Shown here: positions 1 through 9,208 of the stretch, in pieces | How positions within the stretch are numbered: position 1 is the first letter of the stretch | Layout: each line of letters begins with the position of its first letter | Assembly: GCA_965242695.1 (NCBI GenBank) | Contig: CBDESU010000002.1 | Coordinates: 128,001-192,000, forward strand | Direction of reading: 5' to 3' | DNA from: Cenarchaeum sp. | Lineage (GTDB): Archaea; Thermoproteota; Nitrososphaeria; Nitrososphaerales; Nitrosopumilaceae | Length of the DNA: 64,000 bases | Made by a program: the position numbers and the translations under genes | The notes under the pieces: model-generated | The model's database searches: none | Told to the model about the DNA's origin: nothing | Seen by the model: only the letters and a program-made list of their open reading frames with translations

Positions 1-1
1 G

Positions 2-589
2 TCGCTCACGACGAGCGCCTGGCAGGGCGCGCTAGCCGCCGCGTTCATCGCGTTCGGCCTGTTCAACAACGTGCTGGTGTACTCGTACGCCCTCAAGAGG
101 CGCAGCCGGTCGAACATCGTCCTGGGCGGGCTGTGCGGCGGGATGCCGCCGCTGATAGGGTGGGTCGCCGTGACGACCGCGGGCCTGTGGACGATGGGGG
201 CCGTAATGGCCGCCCTGGTGTTCATCTGGATACCGATGCACATATGGGCCCTGACGCTGCACTTTCGCGACGACTACAACAGGGTCGCCGTGCCGATGCT
301 CACCGCGGTGCAGTCCGAGGCCGCATCGGCGAGGATCATCGCCGCCTCGACCATAGTGATGGCCGCGTTCAGCGCGGCCCCGCTCTTCCTCGAGGCGGGC
401 GCCGGGGAGGGGCCGTTTGCGGGCCCCGCGTACATGTGGACGGCGGCCGCGTCCGGCGCCTTGATGGTGGCGCTGTCGGCATGGGTCGTGGCGAGGCCGA
501 CCGAGCGGGCGGCATGGGTGCTCTTCAAGTTCTCCAGCCCGTACCTGGCAGTGCTGTTCATCGCCCTGATGGTCGACACGGCGCTGTGA
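2..589 (+). CDS. ctaB: Protoheme IX farnesyltransferase (heme O synthase), 5'-truncated by window edge
   Basis: Frame open from base 2; UbiA-family motifs YSYALKRR, NIVLGGLCGGMPPLIGW, WIPMHIWAL, DDYNRVAVPML; multiple TM helices. Confidence 0.92.
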   Translation, partial: SLTTSAWQGALAAAFIAFGLFNNVLVYSYALKRRSRSNIVLGGLCGGMPPLIGWVAVTTAGLWTMGAVMAALVFIWIPMHIWALTLHFRDDYNRVAVPMLTAVQSEAASARIIAASTIVMAAFSAAPLFLEAGAGEGPFAGPAYMWTAAASGALMVALSAWVVARPTERAAWVLFKFSSPYLAVLFIALMVDTAL

Positions 590-627
590 GCGCTGCGCTT
601 TTATTGCGGCCGTTCGGGGGCGGCGGC

Positions 628-1035
628 ATGGCGGAGGGGGGCAGGTTTGCCACGTCGCTCAGCTGCATAGACGGGAGGGTGCAGGGGCCGCTGTCCGAGT
701 GGATAAGGCGCAGGTCCGGCGCCGAGTACGTCGATACGGTGACCGAGCCGGGCATGGACAAGGCGCTCTCGGGGGGCGGCGCGGCGGCGGAGGCGCTCAG
801 GAAAAAGGCCAACATATCCGTAAAGGCTCACGGCTCGCGCATGATCGTCGTGTCGGGGCATGCGGACTGCGCGGGAAACCCCGTGCCCGACGACGAGCAC
901 GTCCGGCAGATAGCCGAGTGCGTGAGGGTCGCCGAGTCGTGGGGAACCGGCGCCGAGGTGCTCGGCGCGTTCGTAGACTCGGAGCGGAAGGTAGTGCCGG
1001 TCGGCGGCGGCGGTCCTAGCCCCGGCGCGGACTGA
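628..1035 (+). CDS. Small beta-class carbonic anhydrase-like protein
   Basis: Zn-binding motifs SCIDGR and GHADC; start placed at ATG 628 inside the longer 133..1035 ORF. Confidence 0.75.
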   Translation: MAEGGRFATSLSCIDGRVQGPLSEWIRRRSGAEYVDTVTEPGMDKALSGGGAAAEALRKKANISVKAHGSRMIVVSGHADCAGNPVPDDEHVRQIAECVRVAESWGTGAEVLGAFVDSERKVVPVGGGGPSPGAD

Positions 1036-4000
1036 GCGGCCCCATGCGGACGACGGTCGAGCCGCACTCGGAGCAGCGGCCTCGGACGGCAGGCCGGCCG
1101 TTCTTGAGGCGCGACTCGGTGGGATCCGACACGGCCGTCTTTTTGCGGCATTTGATGCAGTAGGCGGCGATCGCGCCGCGGGAGGGAACGTCGTCGCCGG
1201 CCGCATCGGGCAGGGATGCGACGGCGCGCCGCAGCTCGGCCAGGCGGGCCCTGACGTCGGCGATCTGCTCGGCCTTGGCCGGATCGGGGGAGGGGGAATG
1301 ACCGGGATCCTTTGCCGGCTCGGCCTTGGCAAACCCCTTCGGGAGGGTGCCGCGGGGGGAGGGGGGCGGAGGATCTTTTGCCGGTTCTGGCTCGGGATCG
1401 GGCTCGGCATCTGGCATGGATGAGAGGGCCTCGCGGAGCTCGGCCAGGCGGGCCCTGACGTCGGCGATCTGCTTGGCCTTGGCGGGATCGGGGGAGGGGG
1501 GCGCGGGGGGATACTCAGAACCTGGCGGCTCGGGCTCGGGCTTGGCAAACCCCTTCGGGAGGGTGCCGCGGGGAGAGGCCGGCTCGGGGGGCCGCTTGGG
1601 CTCGGGCGCGGGCTCGGGCGCGGGCTCGGGCGCGGGCTTTTCTTCAGCAGTGAGCTTGGGCTGGGCGGGCTCGGGCTGGGCGGGCTCGGGCTGGGCGGGC
1701 TCGGGCTGGGCGGGCTCGGGCTGGGCGGGCTCGGGCTGGGCGGGCTCGGGCTTGGCAAACCCCTTCGGGAGGGTGCCGTGGGGGGATGCCGGCTCGGGCT
1801 TTTCTTCAGCGGCGGGCGCGGGGGGCTTGTCGGGCTCGGATGGTTCGACGGGTCGCTCGGGCTCGGGCTTGGCGGGCTCGGGCTTGGCGGGCTCGGGCTT
1901 GGCGGGCTCGGGCTTGGCAAACCCCTTCGGGAGGGTGCCGTGGGGGGAGGCCGGCTCGGGCTTTTCTTCAGCGGCGAGCTCGGGGGGCTTGTCGGGCCCG
2001 GATGGTTCGGCGGGTCGCTCGGGCTCGGGCTTGGCGGGCTCGGGCTTGGCAAACCCCTTCGGGAGGGTGCCGTGGGGGGAGGCCGGCTCGGGCTTTTCTT
2101 CAGCGGCGAGCTCGGGGGGCTTGTCGGGCCCGGATGGTTCGGCGGGTCGCTCGGGCTCGGGCTTGGCGGGCTCGGGCTTGGCGGGCTCGGGCTTGGCAAA
2201 CCCCTTCGGGAGGGTGCCGTGGGGGGAGGCCGGCTCGGGCTTTTCTTCAGCGGCGAGCTCGGGGGGCTTGTCGGGCCCGGATGGTTCGGCGGGTCGCTCG
2301 GGCTCGGGCTTGGCGGGCTCGGGCTTGGCGGGCTCGGGCTTGGCAAACCCCTTCGGGAGGGTGCCGTGGGGGGAGGCCGGCTCGGGCTTTTCTTCAGCGG
2401 CGGGCTCGGGGGGCTTGTCGAGCTCGGATGGTTCGGCGGGTCGCTCGGGCTCGGGCTTGGCGGGCTCGGGCTTGGCAAACCCCTTCGGGAGGGTGCCGTG
2501 GGGGGAGGCCGGCTCGGGCTTTTCTTCAGCGGCGGGCTCGGGGGGCTTGTCGGGCTCGGATGGTTCGGCGGGTCGCTCGGGCTCGGGCTTGGCGGGCTCG
2601 GGCTTGGCAAACCCCTTCGGGAGGGTGCCGTGGGGGGATGCCGGCTCGGGCTTTTCTTCAGCGGCGGGCTCGGGGGGCTTGTCGGGCTCGGATGGTTCGG
2701 CGGGTCGCTCGGGCTCGGGCTTGGCGGGCTCGGGCTTGGCGGGCTCGGGCTTGGCGGGCTCGGGCTTGGCAAACCCCTTCGGGAGGGTGCCGTGGGGGGA
2801 TGCCGGCTCGGGCTTTTCTTCAGCGGCGGGCTCGGGGGGCTTGTCGGGCTCGGATGGTTCGGCGGGTCGCTCGGGCTCGGGCTTGGCGGGCTCGGGCTTG
2901 GCGGGCTCGGGCTTGGCAAACCCCTTCGGGAGGGTGCCGTGGGGGGATGCCGGCTCGGGCTTTTCTTCAGCGGCGGGCTCGGGGGGCTTGTCGGGCTCGG
3001 ATGGTTCGACGGGTCGCTCGGGCTCGGGCTTGGCGGGCTCGGGCTTGGCGGGCTCGGGCTTGGCAAACCCCTTCGGGAGGGTGCCGTGGGGGGATGCCGG
3101 CTCGGGCTTTTCTTCAGCGGCGGGCTCGGGGGGCTTGTCGGGCTCGGATGGTTCGGCGGGTCGCTCGGGCTTGGCGGGCTCGGGCTTGGCGGGCTCGGGC
3201 TTGGCGGGCTCGGGCTTGGCAAACCCCTTCGGGAGGGTGCCGTGGGGGGAGGCCGGCTCGGGCTTTTCTTCAGCGGCGAGCTCGGGGGGCTTGTCGGGCC
3301 CGGATGGTTCGGCGGGTCGCTCGGGCTCGGGCTTGGCGGGCTCGGGCTTGGCAAACCCCTTCGGGAGGGTGCCGTGGGGGGAGGCCGGCTCGGGCTTTTC
3401 TTCAGCGGCGAGCTCGGGGGGCTTGTCGGGCCCGGATGGTTCGGCGGGTCGCTCGGGCTCGGGCTTGGCGGGCTCGGGCTTGGCAAACCCCTTCGGGAGG
3501 GTGCCGTGGGGGGAGGCCGGCTCGGGCTTTTCTTCAGCGGCGGGCTCGGGGGGCTTGTCGAGCTCGGATGGTTCGGCGGGTCGCTCGGGCTTGGCGGGCT
3601 CGGGCTTGGCAAACCCCTTCGGGAGGGTGCCGTGGGGGGAGGGAGGCACGGGCTCGGCATCTGTGCTTGCAGCCGGCCGCCCACCATCACTAGAGGCAGC
3701 AGTGCTTGCCTTCGACTCTGCCGGCCGCGCCCGTATGCCGAGCCTGGCAAGATACCCCGCCTCGTACTCGGCGAACACCTCGCTGCGAGAGCGGCCATCG
3801 TGCGCCCGCCGCGCAGGCCGCGCAGACATTGCATCTGCCGCAAGGGCATCCGACCCGGCCGGCAGTTCGGACGTCGTATCCGCGCTCGCCGAGGCCCCTC
3901 CTGCGCTGGCACCCATGTTCTTGAGCATCGCCTTGTCCTGCGCTGTGATCGACGGGGCGGCTGCGCCAGCGGTGGCAGCGGCGGCAGCCTCCCTGGCCCG

Positions 4001-4342
4001 GGGCGGCTTTTCCGCAGTGCCGCGATCCCCGACCGGAGCGGCTGCAATGCCCATGATCGGCCCGAGGTAGTCGAGCGCCACCTTGTTGTCGTCTACCCTC
4101 AGGTAGAAGCGGCCTCCGGTCATGAACCGCCTTATCGGGGATCCCTTGCGCCAGTTGTCGCCTGCGCCGTACACGGTCATGTACGAGTCGCCCCTGCCCA
4201 TGCCGGTCGCCACTGTCATCTTGTCGACGACCTCCCCGGCGCCTATCTCGCCTCCCGAGTCGCGGTGCCGCACGACCGCCGACAGCTCGCGCCCGGCGCC
4301 ATACGACGCGGCCGACACGAGGTAGTCAGACCACTTGGCCAT
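1016..4342 (-). CDS. 1108-aa protein: N-terminal DUF3892-like domain, long Pro/Glu-rich repeat linker, C-terminal CxxC..CxxC Zn ribbon (DUF5679-like)
   Basis: N-term WSDYLVSAASY...GEVVDKMTV...YLRVDDNK resembles 6641..6964; C-term AYCIKCRKK...KNGRPAVRGRCSECG. Confidence 0.75.
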   Translation of the reverse strand: MAKWSDYLVSAASYGAGRELSAVVRHRDSGGEIGAGEVVDKMTVATGMGRGDSYMTVYGAGDNWRKGSPIRRFMTGGRFYLRVDDNKVALDYLGPIMGIAAAPVGDRGTAEKPPRAREAAAAATAGAAAPSITAQDKAMLKNMGASAGGASASADTTSELPAGSDALAADAMSARPARRAHDGRSRSEVFAEYEAGYLARLGIRARPAESKASTAASSDGGRPAASTDAEPVPPSPHGTLPKGFAKPEPAKPERPAEPSELDKPPEPAAEEKPEPASPHGTLPKGFAKPEPAKPEPERPAEPSGPDKPPELAAEEKPEPASPHGTLPKGFAKPEPAKPEPERPAEPSGPDKPPELAAEEKPEPASPHGTLPKGFAKPEPAKPEPAKPEPAKPERPAEPSEPDKPPEPAAEEKPEPASPHGTLPKGFAKPEPAKPEPAKPEPERPVEPSEPDKPPEPAAEEKPEPASPHGTLPKGFAKPEPAKPEPAKPEPERPAEPSEPDKPPEPAAEEKPEPASPHGTLPKGFAKPEPAKPEPAKPEPAKPEPERPAEPSEPDKPPEPAAEEKPEPASPHGTLPKGFAKPEPAKPEPERPAEPSEPDKPPEPAAEEKPEPASPHGTLPKGFAKPEPAKPEPERPAEPSELDKPPEPAAEEKPEPASPHGTLPKGFAKPEPAKPEPAKPEPERPAEPSGPDKPPELAAEEKPEPASPHGTLPKGFAKPEPAKPEPAKPEPERPAEPSGPDKPPELAAEEKPEPASPHGTLPKGFAKPEPAKPEPERPAEPSGPDKPPELAAEEKPEPASPHGTLPKGFAKPEPAKPEPAKPEPAKPEPERPVEPSEPDKPPAPAAEEKPEPASPHGTLPKGFAKPEPAQPEPAQPEPAQPEPAQPEPAQPEPAQPKLTAEEKPAPEPAPEPAPEPKRPPEPASPRGTLPKGFAKPEPEPPGSEYPPAPPSPDPAKAKQIADVRARLAELREALSSMPDAEPDPEPEPAKDPPPPSPRGTLPKGFAKAEPAKDPGHSPSPDPAKAEQIADVRARLAELRRAVASLPDAAGDDVPSRGAIAAYCIKCRKKTAVSDPTESRLKNGRPAVRGRCSECGSTVVRMGPLSPRRG
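1320..3640. repeat. Nested coding tandem repeat (units ~126-162 bp containing variable numbers of a 15-bp KPEPA subunit)
   Basis: About 14 SPHGTLPKGFAKPEP units plus 2 SPRGTLPKGF variants visible in DNA and protein. Confidence 0.95.
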
Positions 4343-5831
4343 GCGATCGAACCCCTACATTACGATGACAGGCATGGCGGCGGCGCAAGCAGGCGCGGCG
4401 CGCCCTGCCGGCGGCCCACGCTGCTGCCGCCGGCGCGCCCACATAGGCAGCCGCGTTCAGCGCGACGACCAGGACGCCGGCTGCAAGGACGGAGCCTGGC
4501 GACCCTGGATCGGCAACAGACATGAGCGAGAGAGATGCAAGCATGGGCGCAAGCAGCGCTGCGACTGCGGCGCGTAGCGCCGGCGCCTCCCGCTCCATGT
4601 CCGCCACCGCGGGCGAGAATGAGTAGTACGCGGCGCTGAACGCAGACATGAACGCGGCGCCGTGCGGCGTCTCGAGCAACGTCCCGTCACGCACCTCGCG
4701 GAGCAGCTGCACCTGCGGCGCCATCTCGGTCCCGTACGCGGCAGTAGCCACCAGGCAGCCGCCCCCTGGCGGCTCGGGAGCGGGCGGCGGGGAAGAGGCC
4801 CCGCTGCTGCCGCCCGCCTGCGTCCCCTCCCGCGGGGGAGGCGGGGGCCTGACCGGCACGCACTCGCCGCCGATGAGGCTCGTTCCTATGCCGCACTGCC
4901 CGTACCCCAGGGCCTCGGACTCGTCGATGCCGACCGCCTCGTAGATCGTATAGCCCGGATAGCTCCTTTCAAACCAGGCCCTGTAGTCCGGCTCGCTGTC
5001 ATACCTGGCAACATAGTAGCGCGGGTCGACGTCTGGATCGACGAACGGGGCTATCGGCCTTGGCGCGGGCAGGCCGACGGCGGCGTAGAACGACGGGTAC
5101 GCGGAGCCGTAGTTCTCGTCGTACCACTCGCGGTACGAGCTGTCGCTCTCGTAGCGCTCGACGAGCTCTGACGGGTCGGCCGCTTCCGCGGCAAACGGCG
5201 CCGGCTCGGGCACGCCGACAGCCCCGTATATGCTCATGTCCCCAAAGATCGAGTCGAACCACTGGCGGTACGAGCTGTCGCTCCTGTAGCGCTCGACGTA
5301 CGAGTATGGGCCCGCGGTGGGATCGACGACGTACTGGGCAAAGTCGGGATGGGGTGCAAAGGCGGGGGCGGCGGCCGTAGACGCGGCGGGGGCGGCGGCC
5401 GTAGACGCGGCGGGGGCTTCAGGGCTCGGCAGCCCGACGGCCTCGTATATCGAGGCGTACTCGGAGGAATACGTGCCGTCGAACCACTGGCGGAAGGCCT
5501 CTTCCGTGTCGTACCGTTCGACGTACGACCTCGGGTCGGTGCCCTCCTCGACGAACGAGGCGGGCTCGGGCACGCCGGCCGCCTCGTATATCGAGTCGTA
5601 CGTCGAGGCATGGTGGTCGTCAAACCACTGGCGGAAGGCATCGTCCGTCTTGTACCGCTCTATGTACAGGTACGGGTTGTCCGCAGCCTCCGGCATGGGA
5701 GCCGGGCTGCCGCCCCCGACCCACGCCGCCTGGCCGAGCGCATCCTGTGGCGCCCCAGACATGGAGGCGGCAAGCACGACGGCGGCCACGGACGAGGCGG
5801 CAAGCAGGGCTGTCCTGGCCATACGACTCAT
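4326..5831 (-). CDS. Secreted/surface protein with Tyr-rich internal repeats and CFI-box-CTERM domain
   Basis: Signal-like N-term; about 5 repeats YxERY...YRQWFD..Y..IYEAVG; C-term GGGCLVATAAYGTEMAPQVQLLREVRD...YYSFSP plus TM helix. Confidence 0.85.
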   Translation of the reverse strand: MSRMARTALLAASSVAAVVLAASMSGAPQDALGQAAWVGGGSPAPMPEAADNPYLYIERYKTDDAFRQWFDDHHASTYDSIYEAAGVPEPASFVEEGTDPRSYVERYDTEEAFRQWFDGTYSSEYASIYEAVGLPSPEAPAASTAAAPAASTAAAPAFAPHPDFAQYVVDPTAGPYSYVERYRSDSSYRQWFDSIFGDMSIYGAVGVPEPAPFAAEAADPSELVERYESDSSYREWYDENYGSAYPSFYAAVGLPAPRPIAPFVDPDVDPRYYVARYDSEPDYRAWFERSYPGYTIYEAVGIDESEALGYGQCGIGTSLIGGECVPVRPPPPPREGTQAGGSSGASSPPPAPEPPGGGCLVATAAYGTEMAPQVQLLREVRDGTLLETPHGAAFMSAFSAAYYSFSPAVADMEREAPALRAAVAALLAPMLASLSLMSVADPGSPGSVLAAGVLVVALNAAAYVGAPAAAAWAAGRARRACLRRRHACHRNVGVRSHGQVV

Positions 5832-6156
5832 TGGGCTACGGCGCCCATGCAAGGCGGGTTCATTTTATATGATTGGAGTGTAAAAAATGATTGACCCGCG
5901 GGCGAGCTGCGGCAGGCCCACAGGTCAACATTTCTAGACCCCGCCCTGCATACCCCCGGCCCCCCATAGTGGCCATGCCGTACGAGGAGGACAAGCTGCA
6001 GGGGCTTGACGAGGACGCCGCTGCCGGCGGAGACGGGGACAGGCGGGCCGCTAGCCCGCCGCGCGGCGGGCGGCCGCGGCGCCGCTAGCGCCGGCGGCCT
6101 AGGGGGCAGGCGCCGGCGGGGGAGGGTTTATCATACGGCCCGCGGCGGGGGCCGCC

Positions 6157-6585
6157 ATGTCAACTATGGGACAGGGCAGCCGGGCCGACTGGCAGACCCT
6201 CTGGGACGAGTACACGAGGTCGTTCGAGAACTGGAAGCAGATGGTCGAGTCTGTCCAAAGGGCATCGGCGGACATGCAGCGCAGCTTCAACCAAGTCATG
6301 GAAAAGGCGGCATCCGAGTCGTCGACAGACACCATGAAAAAGTTCGGCGAGACATGGCAAAAGGCCATGAGCGAGGCGGGCATGAGCGGCGTGAGGCAGT
6401 TCGGCGAGACATGGCAAAAGGCCATGAGCGAGTCGTCCATCGAGTCGTACAGGCAGTTCGGCGAGACGTGGCAAAAGACGCTCAGCGAGTCTGGCATGGA
6501 GCAGATCAAGGCGTACGGAGACATGATGAAAAAGTTCGCCGAGACATGGGACAGCATGTGGCCGCAAAAGGGCCCGCAGTCCTGA
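6157..6585 (+). CDS. Hypothetical amphipathic helical-repeat protein (19-aa repeats)
   Basis: Repeats of (K/R)(K/Q)FGETWQKAMSE; TATA-like TTTATC about 25 bp upstream. Confidence 0.75.
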   Translation: MSTMGQGSRADWQTLWDEYTRSFENWKQMVESVQRASADMQRSFNQVMEKAASESSTDTMKKFGETWQKAMSEAGMSGVRQFGETWQKAMSESSIESYRQFGETWQKTLSESGMEQIKAYGDMMKKFAETWDSMWPQKGPQS

Positions 6586-6640
6586 CCGGGCCGCGCGCGA
6601 CCCCCCTAATTTTATATTCCGATCCGGCGGGGCCGCGCCG

Positions 6641-6964
6641 ATGGCCGGGTGGGCAGACTACCTCTTGTCAGCGGTCCGGTACGACTCGGGCAGGCGGATC
6701 GTCGAGGCGCGGCAGCACGCCGACGACGGCGCGCAGATAGGGCGCGGCAGCACGGTCGACCGCAGTACGATCGCCGACAACATGAGAAAGGGCTCGACGT
6801 ACGCCACCGTGTTCGCCGGCAGGGGCGGCACTTGGAGGCTCGGCGAGGCCGTCAGGCTGCTCAGGTCCGGCGGCGAGTATTCGATCCGCGTAGACTCGAA
6901 CAGGGTCATGTTCGACAACCTCGGCATGCTGCCCGGCCTCGAAGAGGGCGGCGGGCAGGCCTAG
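6641..6964 (+). CDS. Stand-alone DUF3892-like protein
   Basis: WADYLLSAVRYD...YSIRVDSNRVMFDNLGMLP; TTTTATA upstream; paralogous to N-term of 1016..4342. Confidence 0.8.
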   Translation: MAGWADYLLSAVRYDSGRRIVEARQHADDGAQIGRGSTVDRSTIADNMRKGSTYATVFAGRGGTWRLGEAVRLLRSGGEYSIRVDSNRVMFDNLGMLPGLEEGGGQA

Positions 6965-8346
6965 CCGCCGCCGTCCCGCCCGCCCGCGTCCCCTGCATAG
7001 TCTGCAAGCGACACCTCGTCGTATCCAGGTATCCTGGCAATCTCAAACCCCTCGGCCCTCTTTTCAAGCGGCCTTGTCGCGTCGATTCCAAGCTTTGCCG
7101 TGCGCAGGTTCTCCTGGTCGCTCGACGGATCCAGGCTAGAGCCCCGCACGCCCCGCACCACCGTCAGGTCCCTGTCGGCCTGGAAGCGCGTGGCCATCGC
7201 GTACTCGACGGCCTCGGCGGACGACGGGTCGATATCCCCGTCGACGACCGTAACCTGCTTGAGCGACCGGTGGGCAGCAAACGCCGCCTCGATGGCGGCC
7301 GCGGCGTCGCCTTCGGCGCGCTTTGAGATCTGCACCACCGCGTGCAGCCAGCTGCACCCGCCGGCGGTGAGGCGGACGGCGCGCACGAGCGGGCCGAGGC
7401 GGGCCCTCAGCTCGCCGTCAAGCTTGGACTCGGCCGGCATGCCCATGAGCAAGCGGTGCTCCGAGTAGCCGGCGAGCACGTCGTGGTACACGGCCCTGTC
7501 GCGGTAGTGCAGGCGGTCGAGCTCGAAGACGGGCTGGTCCCGCGCGTGGTCGTACGTTTGGAGCATCTCGACCATCCACTCCCGGTGCGTCGCGTCGGCA
7601 AGCATGCGCCCCTCCATGACGATCTCGGCGCCGGCCGGCACGAGCAGGCCCGTAGACGGGCACCTGGCGAGCTCGGGGCGGCGGCCGGACAGGGCGGCGG
7701 CAATGGCGGTCTCGCTCGCCCCCCACTCCGCCTGGTACGCCCCGGCGATCGAGTGGACGGGGTGCACGCCGACCGTGACGGCGACTGCGAGGTCCTCGCC
7801 GCGCTCCCTTGCATCGGCGTAGCAGCGGTGCAGGTGCCGCCCCTCGACCATCCTCACGGACATGCGCGCATCGCCTATCGGCATCATGCGGTGGAACGAG
7901 GAGTTTTGCGCCCCCGTCTCGGGGTTGCGCGCATGCACTATGGACGACGTGATGAACGGGCCAGGCTCCTTTTCAAAGTGCGTCGCGATCGGCAGCGGCG
8001 AGAGGTCGGACGACGAGTTCTCCAGGAACGGGGGGCTCGGGGAGCCGGGCTCTTCGCGGGGGGCGGGATCGGCGGCCGAGCCGGCCGCCGCGGCCGCCCC
8101 GGCGACGGCAGCGTGTATTCCGTCGGCGGCGCATCCGATCGCCATGGCAAACCGCTCCCGCGTGCCGACCACGTTCGTCGCCGCGCGCATCGGCGAGCCC
8201 TCGACGTCCTCGAAGAGGAGCGCCTGTAATCCGTCGGCGCGCGCCGTCACGGCCGCCATCTCGTACCGCGCCGAGACTCGGCGGCGCACCGTAGACAGGG
8301 CGCCGGCGCGGCGAATCTCTTCCAGGTACGAGCGCAGGTCATGCAT
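6961..8346 (-). CDS. UbiD-family (prFMN-dependent) decarboxylase
   Basis: DLRSYLEE, GPFITS, NSSFHR, AEIVMEG, VTVVDGDID, GSSLDPS, TAKLGIDATRP. Confidence 0.92.
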   Translation of the reverse strand: MHDLRSYLEEIRRAGALSTVRRRVSARYEMAAVTARADGLQALLFEDVEGSPMRAATNVVGTRERFAMAIGCAADGIHAAVAGAAAAAGSAADPAPREEPGSPSPPFLENSSSDLSPLPIATHFEKEPGPFITSSIVHARNPETGAQNSSFHRMMPIGDARMSVRMVEGRHLHRCYADARERGEDLAVAVTVGVHPVHSIAGAYQAEWGASETAIAAALSGRRPELARCPSTGLLVPAGAEIVMEGRMLADATHREWMVEMLQTYDHARDQPVFELDRLHYRDRAVYHDVLAGYSEHRLLMGMPAESKLDGELRARLGPLVRAVRLTAGGCSWLHAVVQISKRAEGDAAAAIEAAFAAHRSLKQVTVVDGDIDPSSAEAVEYAMATRFQADRDLTVVRGVRGSSLDPSSDQENLRTAKLGIDATRPLEKRAEGFEIARIPGYDEVSLADYAGDAGGRDGGG

Positions 8347-8773
8347 TGCGCCGCACCATGTCGGAGACCGCCGCCATTACCGCCCTTGCCCCGTCGGCGC
8401 CGAGCGGCTCCTTCGAGCTGCACGACACGACGGATATTCCGCCGTTCAGGTGGCCGACCTGCTCGGCGGCAAGGCGCATGAACAGGCCGTCGTGCTTTGA
8501 CGGTATGACCATGGTCGTCGCCGGCGGAAGGCCGGGCGTGCTTATCGACACGGCCATTGCGCCGATTCCGGCCGCGGGCGGAGGCGCCCCCTCCGTGACC
8601 GAGACAAAGTCGCCGTTGGCAAAGCGGACAGCGGCCACATGGTACGTTCGGCCGCCGGCGCTGACCGTCCGCGCAGCGTACGGCTGCCCTGCCGGCGACG
8701 GCGAACCCGGCGATGGCGCGGCTGGCGCGGCTGGATCGCTGCGCCCGTCGGGGCTGCCGGGACGGCCGGCCAA
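8339..8773 (-). CDS. Hypothetical protein, possible proteasome assembly chaperone 4-like
   Basis: Globular region RFANGDFVSVTEG...IGAMAVSIS...LAAEQVG; start (TTG 8773) uncertain. Confidence 0.55.
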   Translation of the reverse strand: MAGRPGSPDGRSDPAAPAAPSPGSPSPAGQPYAARTVSAGGRTYHVAAVRFANGDFVSVTEGAPPPAAGIGAMAVSISTPGLPPATTMVIPSKHDGLFMRLAAEQVGHLNGGISVVSCSSKEPLGADGARAVMAAVSDMVRRNA

Positions 8774-8784
8774 TGCGCAGCCGC

Positions 8785-9024
8785 CTACTTTTTCGATGCC
8801 GACTCTTCTTCCCTCGAGTCGGCCTCGACGCGCGCCCTGAGCTTTGCCTTGTACTTTAGGTTGCGAGGCTTTGTGCGCAGGCGGTACCCGCAGCACGGGC
8901 ACCAGAGGCCCTCCCACTTTATGAATATCTCGCATATCTGGCACCGCCTCTGCCCAGAGACATACCTGCCCGTTCCGACCGGCTTTTGCGCCTTGTACCT
9001 GATGCATATCCCCTTGCACGTCAT
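8785..9024 (-). CDS. Small Cys-rich Zn-finger-like protein
   Basis: MTCKGIC...RRCQICEIFIKWEGLWCPCCGYRLRTKPR; TATA element near 9060. Confidence 0.8.
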   Translation of the reverse strand: MTCKGICIRYKAQKPVGTGRYVSGQRRCQICEIFIKWEGLWCPCCGYRLRTKPRNLKYKAKLRARVEADSREEESASKK

Positions 9025-9208
9025 GCCGCTCCCCTGCGCCGATGCTGGAATACGGCCCGTATATAAATATGGATGTAAGATTTAATGGGCGTTGGGGCCC
9101 AAATAGCGCATACGGATGGCCAAAAAGTGCCTTTTGACGGTGTAAATTCCATAAGAACGGGTTGAAAAGTGCAAAACGTGCAGTGTCTTGGCTGCCGCAC
9201 ATACGCCC

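Noticed and set aside
601-4525. Very long alternative-frame ORFs (1148, 914, 915, 635 aa)
   Set aside because: Shadows of the stop-free GC-rich repeat; only 1016..4342(-) has globular terminal domains
5975-6088. Short ORF MPYEEDKLQGLDED...
   Set aside because: Only 37 codons with a low-complexity tail; cannot be supported without homologs
9055-9200. AT-rich stretch as a replication origin
   Set aside because: No ORB-like motif or cdc6 gene; adequately explained as a promoter region
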